Assembly: GCA_047601875.1 (NCBI GenBank)
Contig: JASGIL010000001.1
Coordinates: 3,645,294-3,709,293 of the forward strand
Length of the DNA: 64,000 nt
Direction: 5' to 3'
Origin: Ferruginibacter sp.
Lineage (GTDB): Bacteria; Bacteroidota; Bacteroidia; Chitinophagales; Chitinophagaceae
A program made the translations under genes and the position numbers. Positions 1-9,768 of this stretch are shown in pieces (the first letter of the stretch is position 1; every line of letters begins with the position of its first letter). Under the pieces are notes generated by a model, which was given only the letters and a program-made list of their open reading frames with translations, did no database searches and had not been told where the DNA came from.

Positions 1-1
1 T

Positions 2-307
2 TGGTGCGGGCCATGTATACGAATGAAGACAGAGATTTTTGAATCAACAGCATTTAAAAATTATTCTGAAGCACATTTGGTTTTATTGAATGCAGATTTT
101 CCACGTTACAAGAAAAATAAATTAAGCAGCGAGCAGTTATTACACAATGAAAAACTTGCTGATAAATATGATCCGCTTGGAAAATTTCCTTACACCGTTT
201 TATTAAATGCAAAAGGAGATATTGTAAAAGAATGGGATGGTTTAGCCGGGCTAAAAGCAAATGAATTTGTAAAACAAATAATGCTCATCAGTGAAAACGC
301 AAAGTGA
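2..307 (+). CDS. thioredoxin-fold protein (TlpA/DsbD-like), 5'-truncated by the window edge
   Basis: The frame is open from nt 2 and reads WCGPCIRMK. That is a CxxC thioredoxin active site lying upstream of the ATG at 23 used in the ORF track. FPYTVLLNAKGDIV is typical of the fold. Confidence 0.75.
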   Translation, partial: WCGPCIRMKTEIFESTAFKNYSEAHLVLLNADFPRYKKNKLSSEQLLHNEKLADKYDPLGKFPYTVLLNAKGDIVKEWDGLAGLKANEFVKQIMLISENAK

Positions 308-1253
308 AGCAATAGCAATTGAACAGGCAATCTTTAAGCGTGTGCTCAAACTGATGGGCAATCGTTTTGAAATAAGTGTTGTGACTGATGATGATAAGGC
401 AGTGTTTGCTGAACAGGCTATTGATGCAGCTGTTGAAGAAATTCAACGCATCGAAAAATTACTTACCACTTACAATGATCATAGCCAAACAAATTTAATT
501 AATCAAGCTGCAGGACTTCACCCGGTTAAAGTTGATAAAGAAGTTTTTGAACTGATCCAACGTTCGATAAGAATATCTGACATTACACAAGGTGCTTTTG
601 ATATCAGCTATGGGTCCATTGATAAATGCTTATGGAATTTTGATAAGAACATGACGGCCTTACCCGACGCCGTTACTGCAAAAAAAATGGTAAGGCTTAT
701 TAATTACCGCAACATTATTCTCAATAAAGAACATAGCACTGTTTTTTTAAAAGAAAAAGGTATGCTCATTGGGTTTGGTGGCATTGGTAAAGGTTATGCA
801 GCAGAAAGAGCAAAAGTGCTACTTCAACAAAAAGGAATTGCGAGTGGTGTTGTAAATGCTGCAGGCGATCTTGTTACCTGGGGCCTTCAACCAAATGGAG
901 ATCCATGGACGATCGGTATTGCAAGTCCTGATCTTGATCATTTGCCTTTCTCTTATCTTGATATTACAGATGCTGCTATTGCAACTTCCGGTAATTATGA
1001 AAAGTTCATCGTAGTAGATGGGAAAAAATATTCGCATACCATTGATCCTAAAACGGGGTTGCCGGTAGAAGGAATTAAATCTGTTACGATCATAAGTTCA
1101 AATGCAGAAATTGCAGATGCCATGGCAACACCGGTTATGATCATGGGAATAGATGTCGGACTTGATATGATCAATCAAATGAAAAATATGGCATGCATCA
1201 TCATTGATGAACACGATAATATTCATGTATCTGAAAATATAAATTTTAAGTAG
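291..1253 (+). CDS. apbE: FAD:protein FMN transferase (ApbE family)
   Basis: Contains ApbE motifs FDISYG, GGIGKGYA, ATSGNYEKF and HTIDPKTG. Uses a GTG start that overlaps the upstream gene by 17 nt. Confidence 0.9.
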   Translation: MKTQSEAIAIEQAIFKRVLKLMGNRFEISVVTDDDKAVFAEQAIDAAVEEIQRIEKLLTTYNDHSQTNLINQAAGLHPVKVDKEVFELIQRSIRISDITQGAFDISYGSIDKCLWNFDKNMTALPDAVTAKKMVRLINYRNIILNKEHSTVFLKEKGMLIGFGGIGKGYAAERAKVLLQQKGIASGVVNAAGDLVTWGLQPNGDPWTIGIASPDLDHLPFSYLDITDAAIATSGNYEKFIVVDGKKYSHTIDPKTGLPVEGIKSVTIISSNAEIADAMATPVMIMGIDVGLDMINQMKNMACIIIDEHDNIHVSENINFK

Positions 1254-1475
1254 ATGAAAAATAGTATTCTTTTTTTTATAGCGGTTTGTGTTTTAGCTTT
1301 TTTAATAAGCAGCTGCAGTTGCGTAAAAGAATATCAAAAGATCCGCATCAATGATCCCGAAATGGAACTTGCTGCAAGGAAGATCCAAAAAACGGAAACA
1401 AGTTTCCAGGTTTATAGGGAAGGTGCTTCAGGTGGGAACGGAGGGAAGACCGGGGGCGGTTGTGGATGTAATTGA
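1254..1475 (+). CDS. small lipoprotein, DUF4266-like, Gly-rich C-terminus ending GGGCGCN
   Basis: Has a lipobox (LISSC). Its ATG directly abuts the apbE stop. Family assignment is from memory of the Gly-rich CGC C-terminal signature. Confidence 0.6.
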   Translation: MKNSILFFIAVCVLAFLISSCSCVKEYQKIRINDPEMELAARKIQKTETSFQVYREGASGGNGGKTGGGCGCN

Positions 1476-1575
1476 TTTGAAGATTAGCTGATTTGAAAAT
1501 TTGAAGATGTAAAGAGACTATCAAATAGTAAGTCTCCTTAATTTTCAAATCAGCAAATTTTCAAATTTTCAAATC
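1474..1575. repeat. word-hairpin family 2 (GATTTGAAAATTTGAAGAT arms) with an inner hairpin
   Basis: Left arm is gatttgaagattagctgatttgaaaatttgaagat. Right arm is attttcaaatcagcaaattttcaaattttcaaatc. Related copies occur at 10888, 12383 and 30979. Confidence 0.75.
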
Positions 1576-1581
1576 TATTTT

Positions 1582-2790
1582 ATGATAAGAATTTGTCTTG
1601 TAGTTGTTGGTTTATATTTAAACTTACTCGGCGCTTTCGCCCAGGTAAAAGATTCTGTGAATTATAAAAAAAGAAAACTTAGCCTGGATGAAATAAATTT
1701 TGTAAGCAGTTATTATTCGCAGGATGGAAATAATTCTGCAGTAACAGGTGGCATCGGCACAGAAAAACTAAAAGATTATTCAAATAGTTTTGAAGTGAAA
1801 TTTTTAAAGTACGATAAGCGCCAGCGAAAAGTAAATTTAGATGTTAATGTAGGTATTGACTATTATACATCAGCTTCATCAGATAATATCAATCCGTATA
1901 CAATATCATCTGCCTCTCATGAAGACCTGCGAATATATCCATCCATTACCCGTACCGTTACCAATGAAAAAAAAGGAAATGCCTTCTTAACGAACCTTTC
2001 TTATTCGCATGAGTCCGATTATGAATCATTTGGACTGGCAACTGGATTTACAAAAAAATCAAGAGACAATAACAGTGAGTTTACTGCAAAGGCGCAGGTT
2101 TATCTTGATAAGGTGAAAATAATTTTGCCTGTAGAATTGCGGGACGCTACTACAGGTGGCCTGTCAGGAACACCCAACGAGTTTAACTATCCACATAAAC
2201 AACGCAACACATTCAGCAGTGCATTTACTTTTTCACAGGTCGTTAATCAGCGCTTTCAGTTAATGGCACTGCTGGATCTTACTTACCAGCATGGGTTCCT
2301 GGGGCTGCCTTTTCATCGCATTTATTTTAATAGTAGTGTACTTACAACAGAGAAGCTGCCATCATCACGTTTTAAAATACCTGTTGCAGTCAGGGCTAAT
2401 TATTTTTTAGGAGACAGGATCATCTTGCGTGGCTTGTATCGTTTTTATAAAGATGACTGGGGATTGAATGCACATACTGCAGATATTGAAACTTCATTTA
2501 AGATAACCCCGTTTTTTTCTGTCTCTCCATTTTACAGGTATTATACACAAACTGCCATTGATTATTTTGCCGGCTACAAACAACACCAGCAATCAGAATC
2601 ATATTATACCAGCAATTACGATCTTTCAAAATTCAACAGCCAGTTCTTTGGAGGAGGAATTCGGTTGGCACCGCCGAAAGGATTGTTTGGTTTAAAACAC
2701 TGGAACATGATCGAGATAAGGTATGGGCATTATAAAAGGAGCAATGGGTTGCATGCGGATATTGTTAGTTTGAATATTCGGTACAAATAA
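1582..2790 (+). CDS. predicted outer-membrane beta-barrel protein, DUF3570-like
   Basis: Has a signal peptide, alternating aromatic beta-strand pattern and a C-terminal ...NIRYK. It occupies the position after ApbE and the DUF4266-like gene. Confidence 0.55.
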   Translation: MIRICLVVVGLYLNLLGAFAQVKDSVNYKKRKLSLDEINFVSSYYSQDGNNSAVTGGIGTEKLKDYSNSFEVKFLKYDKRQRKVNLDVNVGIDYYTSASSDNINPYTISSASHEDLRIYPSITRTVTNEKKGNAFLTNLSYSHESDYESFGLATGFTKKSRDNNSEFTAKAQVYLDKVKIILPVELRDATTGGLSGTPNEFNYPHKQRNTFSSAFTFSQVVNQRFQLMALLDLTYQHGFLGLPFHRIYFNSSVLTTEKLPSSRFKIPVAVRANYFLGDRIILRGLYRFYKDDWGLNAHTADIETSFKITPFFSVSPFYRYYTQTAIDYFAGYKQHQQSESYYTSNYDLSKFNSQFFGGGIRLAPPKGLFGLKHWNMIEIRYGHYKRSNGLHADIVSLNIRYK

Positions 2791-2823
2791 ATTTCCATTA
2801 TACAGTTTCTCAAATTTTAATTT

Positions 2824-2896
2824 GCTCTTTGCGGCTTTGTGATCCTTTGCGTGAAACAATATTTTATTTAACGCAAAGGCGCAAAGACAAATGCAA
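2824..2896. repeat. word-hairpin (CTTTGCG / CGCAAAG words)
   Basis: cctttgcgt...acgcaaagg pair, flanked by additional ctttgcg and gcaaag words. Confidence 0.5.
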
Positions 2897-2931
2897 AAGA
2901 CGCAATGAATAATAACGAAGTATTTATTTCA

Positions 2932-2960
2932 ATAAAAAAGCTTCAAATAAATGAAGCTTT
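2932..2960 (-). terminator. Rho-independent terminator of the alpha-oxoamine synthase gene
   Basis: Hairpin aaagcttca-aataaa-tgaagcttt, followed on the minus strand by a T-run. Confidence 0.6.
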
Positions 2961-2990
2961 AAATTGATCTGTATAATATTTTATTTATAA

Positions 2991-4244
2991 TTAAACTACC
3001 TCGGCCATGTTTGGTATCTCATGCGACTTATATTTTCCTGCATCCAGTTTTTTCTTTGTCTCTTCAAAAGCTTTTAAAGTTTCATCAATGTCTTTATCAC
3101 TATGTGCAGCGGTAGGTATGATGCGATAAATAATATCTCCTTTTGGAATTACAGGATAAACAACGATTGAGCAGAAGATGTGGTAATTCTCTCTCAGGTC
3201 CATTACCATTTGTGTTGCTTCAGGTACATCGCCTTTCATGTAGATCGGTGTAACGGGAGAGTTGGTATGGCCGATGTCAAATCCTCTTTCCTTTAAACCA
3301 GTTTGTAGTCTTTTTACATTGTTCCACAATTTCTCTCTCAGTTCAGGCATTGTTTTTACCATTTCCATTCTTTTCAACATGCCATCAACAATGATCAGCG
3401 GAAGACTTTTTGCAAAAATCTGTGAGCGTGTGTTGTAACGTAAATATTTCATTACTGCTTTTGGTCCGCTGATGAAGGCACCAATGCTTCCCATGCTTTT
3501 TACAAAGGTTGAAAAGTAAAGGTCGATACCAGCCTGGCAGCCCTGTGCTTCATCAGCGCCACCACCTGTCGGTCCCATGTAACCGAAGCCATGAGCATCA
3601 TCGATCAAAATACGGAATTCGAATTTTTTCTTTAGTTCAACGATCTCTTTTAAGATACCCTGTTCACCATCCATGCCAAACACACCTTCTGTTATAAGCA
3701 AAATACCTCCACCGTTTTTAGCAGCCATTTCAGTTGCTCTTTGTAATTGTTTTTCGCAATCTTCAATATCATTGTGTTTGAAAGCATAACGGTGTCCCAT
3801 GTGCAAACGAACACCATCAACGATACATGCATGTGCCTCTGCATCATAAACAATCACATCACGACGGTTTACCAACGCATCAATACAACTCATAATTCCC
3901 TGGTAGCCGAAATTGAGCAACATGGTATCTTCCCTGTTCACAAATTCACTGATCACTTTTTCAAGCGCTTCATGTTTGGTTGAATTGCCACTCATCATCC
4001 TTGCACCCATAGGATTTCCCATTCCGTATTTTGCGGCAGCTTCTGTATCTGCTTTTCTTACATCAGGATGATTTACCAATCCTAAATAATTGTTCAGGCT
4101 CCATACGATCATTTCTTTTCCCCTGAATTGCATGCGTGGCCCCAGTTCGCCTTCCAGTTTCGGAAATGCAAAATAGCCATGTGCCTTGTCCATATGCTGG
4201 CCGATCGGGCCACCATCTTTCACTAATTTTTCAAATACGTCCAT
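2991..4244 (-). CDS. PLP-dependent alpha-oxoamine synthase (KBL / AONS / serine palmitoyltransferase-like)
   Basis: Class-II aminotransferase fold. The PLP-lysine context is STFVKSMGSIGAF, with a DDAHGFG motif. Confidence 0.85.
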   Translation of the reverse strand: MDVFEKLVKDGGPIGQHMDKAHGYFAFPKLEGELGPRMQFRGKEMIVWSLNNYLGLVNHPDVRKADTEAAAKYGMGNPMGARMMSGNSTKHEALEKVISEFVNREDTMLLNFGYQGIMSCIDALVNRRDVIVYDAEAHACIVDGVRLHMGHRYAFKHNDIEDCEKQLQRATEMAAKNGGGILLITEGVFGMDGEQGILKEIVELKKKFEFRILIDDAHGFGYMGPTGGGADEAQGCQAGIDLYFSTFVKSMGSIGAFISGPKAVMKYLRYNTRSQIFAKSLPLIIVDGMLKRMEMVKTMPELREKLWNNVKRLQTGLKERGFDIGHTNSPVTPIYMKGDVPEATQMVMDLRENYHIFCSIVVYPVIPKGDIIYRIIPTAAHSDKDIDETLKAFEETKKKLDAGKYKSHEIPNMAEVV

Positions 4245-4468
4245 ATCCGTTTACTATTTAATATTTGTATTGAATGTGCTGCAAAATTAAGGGTTTGAGG
4301 GCTAATTGCATAACCTTCAGTTAACATACCACTGGCATAGTTTGGTTAACTTGATTCGTCATTGCGAGGAACGAAGTAAAAGAGTTGACATCTCTATATT
4401 TAAAAGAAGATAAATTATTAATGAGAGGTGTCAACTCTTTTGCTTGCACTTATCTTTGAAGAATTAAA

Positions 4469-6124
4469 TTGATAATTATGAGGATCAGATCCTGTTTTAT
4501 TATTCTTTTATTTTCTGTTTGTTTTAAAAACGGAACTGCTCAGCAAAAGATGAATAATACAACCGAGAATAAAAAACCAAAGCTGGTAATCGGTTTGGTG
4601 ATCGACCAGATGCGTTGGGATTATTTGTATCGTTTCAGCGACCTGTATGGCAATGATGGATTTAAACGTTTGTTGAATGAAGGGTTTAGTTATGAAAATA
4701 CAATGGTGCCTTATACGCCTACTTATACGGCGCCGGGCCACACATGTATTTACACAGGTTCGGTTCCTGCAATTCATGGGATCATTGGCAATTACTGGTA
4801 TGATAAAAGGACAGGCAAATCTGTTTATTGTACAGATGATTCAACCGTTTCAACAGTCGGCAATGAAGGGAAGGCCGGGAAGATGAGCCCGAAAAATATG
4901 TGGACAACAACCATTACTGATGAACTGCGTTTGAGCAATAATTTTAAAAGCAGGGTTTTTGGAATTGCATTAAAAGATCGTGGTGCAATACTTCCTGCGG
5001 GGCATAGCGCCAATGCTGCTTATTGGTTCGATACATTGGGAGGTAAATTCATTAGTAGTACTCATTACATGAATCAATTACCTGCTTATGTAAATGAATT
5101 CAACGAAAAAGATCTTGCGGGTAAATACATGACCACAACATGGGAAACTTTATTGCCAATAAATAAATATGTGCAGAGTACAGCTGATGATAAAACATAC
5201 GAGGATCCCATTCCTGGTTTAAAGACAGTAACGTTTCCGTATGATCTTTCTTTAATAACAAAAGGGAAATACGAATCATTTAAATACACGCCCTTTGCAG
5301 CTACTTTCACTTTTGATTTTGCAAAGACGATTGTTGATAATGAAAAGCTGGGTGCAAATAATGTTACAGATTTTCTTACGATCAGTATTTCTTCTACAGA
5401 TTATGCAGGTCATCATTTCGGTCCGAATTCTATTGAAGAAGAAGATACTTACCTGAGACTTGATAAAGATATCGCCGCTTTTCTTACATACCTGGATGGT
5501 AAATTTGGCAAAGGAAATTATCTTGTTTTTTTATCAGCAGATCATGCTGTGGCACATGTTCCCGGGTTTCTTACAGAACATAATATTCCGGCAGGTACAT
5601 TTTCAAATTCAGACCTGCGAACAAAGTTGAATGCAATGATTGAAAGCAAATATGGAATTGTTTCCTGTGTTTCTTCTATTCAAAACTACCAGGTTTATAT
5701 TAACAGGAATAAAATAAAAGAACAGGGAAAGAATGCTGATGATATTATAAGTGATGTGATCAGTAGTTTGAAAGTAGAGCCATTTATTATTGATGCTGTA
5801 GAAACAGCTAAGATCAATGCTGCAAGTATTACCCAACCTCAAAGAGAAAACATGATCAATGGTTACAATGCACAAAGAAGCGGGGATATACAATTCATGG
5901 TAAAGCCAGGTTATTTCGATGCCCTGTTAAAAGGAACTACTCATGGAGCATGGAACCCCTATGATGCACATATTCCTTTATTATTTTTCGGCTGGCACGT
6001 AAAGCAAGGCAAAACCAACCGCGAAACATACATGACAGATATTGCGCCTACCATCGCAGCGATGTTACAGGTACAAATGCCGAGTGGGAATGTGGGGAAG
6101 GTGTTGGAGGAGATGGTCAGGTAA
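4469..6124 (+). CDS. alkaline phosphatase / nucleotide pyrophosphatase family (PafA-like), secreted
   Basis: Has a signal peptide, DQMRWDY, the Thr nucleophile context YTAPGHTCIYTG, and DYAGHHFGP. Confidence 0.8.
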   Translation: MIIMRIRSCFIILLFSVCFKNGTAQQKMNNTTENKKPKLVIGLVIDQMRWDYLYRFSDLYGNDGFKRLLNEGFSYENTMVPYTPTYTAPGHTCIYTGSVPAIHGIIGNYWYDKRTGKSVYCTDDSTVSTVGNEGKAGKMSPKNMWTTTITDELRLSNNFKSRVFGIALKDRGAILPAGHSANAAYWFDTLGGKFISSTHYMNQLPAYVNEFNEKDLAGKYMTTTWETLLPINKYVQSTADDKTYEDPIPGLKTVTFPYDLSLITKGKYESFKYTPFAATFTFDFAKTIVDNEKLGANNVTDFLTISISSTDYAGHHFGPNSIEEEDTYLRLDKDIAAFLTYLDGKFGKGNYLVFLSADHAVAHVPGFLTEHNIPAGTFSNSDLRTKLNAMIESKYGIVSCVSSIQNYQVYINRNKIKEQGKNADDIISDVISSLKVEPFIIDAVETAKINAASITQPQRENMINGYNAQRSGDIQFMVKPGYFDALLKGTTHGAWNPYDAHIPLLFFGWHVKQGKTNRETYMTDIAPTIAAMLQVQMPSGNVGKVLEEMVR

Positions 6125-6206
6125 AGTTGATTGGTTAATAAGTTGAAAGGTTGATAAGGAGAATGCTCTTTTATCAACCTTTCAACTTTTAAACCTGTTA
6201 ACTTTC
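6125..6206. repeat. word-hairpin family 3 (GTTGAAAGGTTGATAA arms)
   Basis: gttgaaaggttgataagg ... ttatcaacctttcaac. Other copies flank tRNA genes at 6284, 28848 and 29006. Confidence 0.7.
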
Positions 6207-6207
6207 G

Positions 6208-6278
6208 TTGGCATGCTAGGATTCGAACCCAGACAAACAGAATCAGAATCTGTGGTGCTACCGTTACACTACATGCCA
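6208..6278 (-). tRNA. tRNA-Gln (anticodon CTG)
   Basis: Hand-folded cloverleaf. Acceptor TGGCATG/CATGCCA, anticodon arm ACAGA-TTCTGAT-TCTGT, T-arm CTGGG-TTCGAAT-CCTAG. Confidence 0.9.
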
Positions 6279-6283
6279 GTTTT

Positions 6284-6366
6284 CAATTGATATGTTGACA
6301 AGTTGATAGTGTTGATAAGGTAAGGGCCTTATTAACTTGTTAACCTCGTCAACTTTATCAACTTCA
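6284..6366. repeat. word-hairpin family 3
   Basis: gttgacaagttgatagtgttgataagg ... ttaacttgttaacctcgtcaactttatcaac. Confidence 0.65.
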
Positions 6367-6409
6367 TACTCAAAGAAAAAGGTTTAAAGAACTGATCTCT
6401 AAACCTCTG

Positions 6410-6480
6410 TTGGGTTACTAGGATTCGAACCTAGACAAACAGAATCAAAATCTGTTGTGCTACCATTACACCATAACCCA
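6410..6480 (-). tRNA. tRNA-Gln (anticodon TTG)
   Basis: Hand-folded. Acceptor TGGGTTA/TAACCCA, anticodon arm ACAGA-TTTTGAT-TCTGT. Confidence 0.9.
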
Positions 6481-6570
6481 ATCGTATTCCAATTTAAATT
6501 GGGAGTGCAAAAATAGGGGATGGGAGAGGATGTTCCAAAAGTTTTTGAGAACAGCTTCAGGCTATTAGCT

Positions 6571-6924
6571 TCAAGCTTTAAGTCTGGCACTAAATATTGT
6601 AAACATTTTTTGTTCCTCGATGATTTGTAAAATTATTGCTTCTATAGATTCAGCATTACCGAATCCTAATTGGCTGGCAATCAGGAATTGAGTTTCTGCT
6701 TCAAAACAAGAGCCGAGTGATATCTCAATAAACCTGTTGTAATCTTTATTACTACTTCTGCTGCTTCCTTCGGCAATATTAGAAGCAATAGATATACATG
6801 CACGATTAAGTTGTGATATGATGCCGAATTTTTCCTGCTTGGGAAATGTATTTGTTATCCTGATACAATCAATAGCTATTTGGATGCCTTTTTGCCAAAT
6901 TTTTAATTGCTTAAAATTTCTCAT
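6571..6924 (-). CDS. four-helix-bundle protein (23S rRNA intervening-sequence protein / Avd-like family)
   Basis: Family-typical motifs FKQLKIWQK, QLNRACISIASNIAEG, NKDYNRFIEISLGSCFEAETQ. Confidence 0.85.
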   Translation of the reverse strand: MRNFKQLKIWQKGIQIAIDCIRITNTFPKQEKFGIISQLNRACISIASNIAEGSSRSSNKDYNRFIEISLGSCFEAETQFLIASQLGFGNAESIEAIILQIIEEQKMFTIFSARLKA

Positions 6925-6973
6925 GTGAGAACTATTTACCAGGCTAAAATAAACTGATTGATCATAGGGGGCA

Positions 6974-7019
6974 ATAAAAAAAGCTAAATATTATTTAGTT
7001 ATTCCAAATAATATTTAGC
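6974..7019 (-). terminator. Rho-independent terminator downstream of cphA
   Basis: Perfect 14-bp stem gctaaatattattt/aaataatatttagc with a 9-nt loop, followed on the minus strand by a 7-T run. Confidence 0.65.
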
Positions 7020-7058
7020 CAGACTTGCACCTTGCAGCTAACAGCTTTTAGCTTCTCC

Positions 7059-9689
7059 TTAAGCCAGCACCTCCATATCCTCCTTCTCCTTCAGCCCTTT
7101 AATCAAATCCAACGCTTCTGCAACCACATCACACATGATCGTAACCAGCGATCCCGGTTTTGCAGTATTGTATGCATGCATAATTGCTTCTTTTTCGTTA
7201 TATATGATCGTTAAAGGGATATCTTTTGGCTTTGTTTCATTAATGCCTTCTACCAGTAGGCCAACGATCTCTTCAGCGGTTCTTCCACGCAGGTTTTTAT
7301 CCTGGCGGATGATGATCTCATCAAAAGATTTTCCTGAAATTCTTCCGAGTTCTTTAATGTCTTCATCCCTTCTGTCACCTGTTCCGCTGATGATACCCAC
7401 TTTTGGTTCGCCATCCATTTTACTTACAAAATCGCAAAGCAACTCAAGTCCCGCAGGATTGTGCGCAAAATCAACCAGGAATTTAAACTGTTTGAACTGG
7501 AACATATTCAACCTTCCCGGGGTTTGTGCAGCAGATGGTACAAATGTTTGCAGGGCCAGCCGGATATCTTCTATTTCAATATTTCTCCAGAAATAACAGG
7601 CAAGTACTGAAGGCAGGCAATTCATGATATTATGTACCGCTTTGCCACCATAAGTAACAGGAACATCGGCCACTCTTATAACACGAATTTTCCAGGTGCC
7701 TTTCATGATGGTAATATATCCATTTTCAAACACTGCCGCATAGCCGCCGCCCTTTGTATGTTCAATGATCCTTGGATTGTTTTCATCCATGCTGAATAAT
7801 GCGATATTACAATCGAGCCCTTTCTGCATATTAAAAACAAGGTCATCATCGGCATTCAAAACTGCATAACCATGTTTGAATACTGTTTCGGGAACAACAG
7901 CCTTTACCTTTGCCATCTGTTCCATAGTATCAATACCACCAAGGCCGATATGATCTGCACTGATATTTGTTACGATGGCCACATCGCAATTCTGAAATGC
8001 AAGCCCGTTCTTTAAAATACCACCTCTTGCACATTCAAGCACAGCAAAATCAACCGTAGGATCTTTTAAAACAAATGTGGATGAAACAGGACCAGTACAA
8101 TCCCCCTTCATCATCATTTGATTTTGTATATACACACCATCGCTGGTTGTGTATCCAACTTTATAACCTGCTGTTTTTGCAATATGGGCAGTGAGCCGGG
8201 TGGTGGTTGTTTTACCATTTGTTCCTGTAATGGCAATGATAGGAATATTGCCTGCGCTTCCTTTTGGAAACAACATATCAACCACCGGTTCGGCCACATT
8301 GCGAGGCAAACCAACAGAAGGATCAATATGCATACGGAAACCAGGTGCTGCATTTACTTCAAGTATACAACCGCCATTCTCGGTAACGGGTGTACGCAGA
8401 TCGGTCGCCATGATGTCGATGCCACAAATATCCAGGCCGATGATCTTTGCAATACGCTCACACATGATGATGTTTGCAGGATGTACTTCATCCGTTACAT
8501 CGGTACTTGTTCCACCTGTAGAAAGGTTAGCTGTTGGTTTTAATAAAACCAGCTCTCCTTTTTTTGGAACCGTTTCCAATGTATATCCTTTTTCATCCAG
8601 CATTTTTTGTGTGAACTGGTCGATGGTAATTTGCGTCAATACTTTTTCATGTCCATAACCACGGCGTGGGTCCTTATTTGTTTCGTCAACCAAATATTGA
8701 ATGGTATTCTTGCCATCACCAACAACTGACGCAGGTGTACGCAATGCAGCACAAATGAATTTATAATTGATAACAAGTATCCTGAAATCAAAACCCGTTA
8801 TGTATTTTTCAACAATTACGCTGCGGCCGTATTGTTTGGCGGCAGCAAACGCTGTAAGTGCCATTGGCCAATCGGTAATATTGGTTGTATTTCCTTTACC
8901 ATGATTGCCATCGATTGGTTTTATTACGATCGGGTATCCAATATCACTGATCACCTCTTTCAATCCTTCTTCAGTTCTTACAACATCTCCTTTAGGAACA
9001 GGAATTTCAGCAGCGCCCAGTAAATTTTTTGTTTCTTCTTTGTCGCATGCAATGTCTACAGCAATATTTCCTGTTGTACTGGCAATGGTGGCTCTTATTC
9101 TTTTTTGATGAACACCGTATCCCAGCTGTACCAATGAATGTTTATTCAAACGGATATAAGGAATACCTCTTTTAGCAGCTTCATCTACAATGCAGCCCGT
9201 GCTTGGTCCCAGCCTGGTATCCTCACGTATTTCACGGAGACGCATAATATCAGCAGCAAGATCATAAGGCGTGTCATCAGTTAATGCCTGGCAAACCTTC
9301 ACTGCGGCTTTGGCTGCATAAACACCTGCATCTTCTTCCATATAGCTGATGCATACATAATATTCGCCTGCTTTGCCTGTACCACGTGTTCTTCCAAAAC
9401 CGGTATCCATTCCTGCGAGTGTTTGCATTTCCAGGGCGATGTGTTCAATCACATGACCCATCCAGGTGCCTTCATCCACACGCTCAAAAAAACCACCACG
9501 TGTACCAACACTGCAGCGGTGCTCGATCATTGTAGGGAACATTTTTTCCAGGCGCTGCCTGAAACCGGGAATCTCGTTGGTAGGACGCTGCTCCATTTCT
9601 TCAAGGTCAAGTTTCATCTGTATCAGCTTGGTGCGGCGAACACTCCAGTAATTCGGGCCTCTCAAAATTTTTATTTCTACGATCTTCAT
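7059..9689 (-). CDS. cphA: cyanophycin synthetase
   Basis: 876 aa. Has the characteristic N-terminus MKIVEIKILRGPNYWS, an ATP-grasp region and a Mur-ligase-like half with P-loop GTNGKTTT. Confidence 0.95.
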   Translation of the reverse strand: MKIVEIKILRGPNYWSVRRTKLIQMKLDLEEMEQRPTNEIPGFRQRLEKMFPTMIEHRCSVGTRGGFFERVDEGTWMGHVIEHIALEMQTLAGMDTGFGRTRGTGKAGEYYVCISYMEEDAGVYAAKAAVKVCQALTDDTPYDLAADIMRLREIREDTRLGPSTGCIVDEAAKRGIPYIRLNKHSLVQLGYGVHQKRIRATIASTTGNIAVDIACDKEETKNLLGAAEIPVPKGDVVRTEEGLKEVISDIGYPIVIKPIDGNHGKGNTTNITDWPMALTAFAAAKQYGRSVIVEKYITGFDFRILVINYKFICAALRTPASVVGDGKNTIQYLVDETNKDPRRGYGHEKVLTQITIDQFTQKMLDEKGYTLETVPKKGELVLLKPTANLSTGGTSTDVTDEVHPANIIMCERIAKIIGLDICGIDIMATDLRTPVTENGGCILEVNAAPGFRMHIDPSVGLPRNVAEPVVDMLFPKGSAGNIPIIAITGTNGKTTTTRLTAHIAKTAGYKVGYTTSDGVYIQNQMMMKGDCTGPVSSTFVLKDPTVDFAVLECARGGILKNGLAFQNCDVAIVTNISADHIGLGGIDTMEQMAKVKAVVPETVFKHGYAVLNADDDLVFNMQKGLDCNIALFSMDENNPRIIEHTKGGGYAAVFENGYITIMKGTWKIRVIRVADVPVTYGGKAVHNIMNCLPSVLACYFWRNIEIEDIRLALQTFVPSAAQTPGRLNMFQFKQFKFLVDFAHNPAGLELLCDFVSKMDGEPKVGIISGTGDRRDEDIKELGRISGKSFDEIIIRQDKNLRGRTAEEIVGLLVEGINETKPKDIPLTIIYNEKEAIMHAYNTAKPGSLVTIMCDVVAEALDLIKGLKEKEDMEVLA

Positions 9690-9768
9690 AAATGTAGTTT
9701 GGTTTATAAGGGATAGTAATTTAGGATAAAGCAGTTGCTTTTCAAAAAAATGGGGCTTTTAAATAAAT

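Noticed and set aside
6399-6590. 63-aa ORF on the minus strand
   Set aside because: It overlaps the hand-folded tRNA-Gln(TTG) gene and the start of a word-hairpin, so it is a translation artefact.
6571-6924. Four-helix-bundle protein as the Avd component of a diversity-generating retroelement
   Set aside because: No reverse transcriptase and no template/variable repeat pair is present within the window near it.
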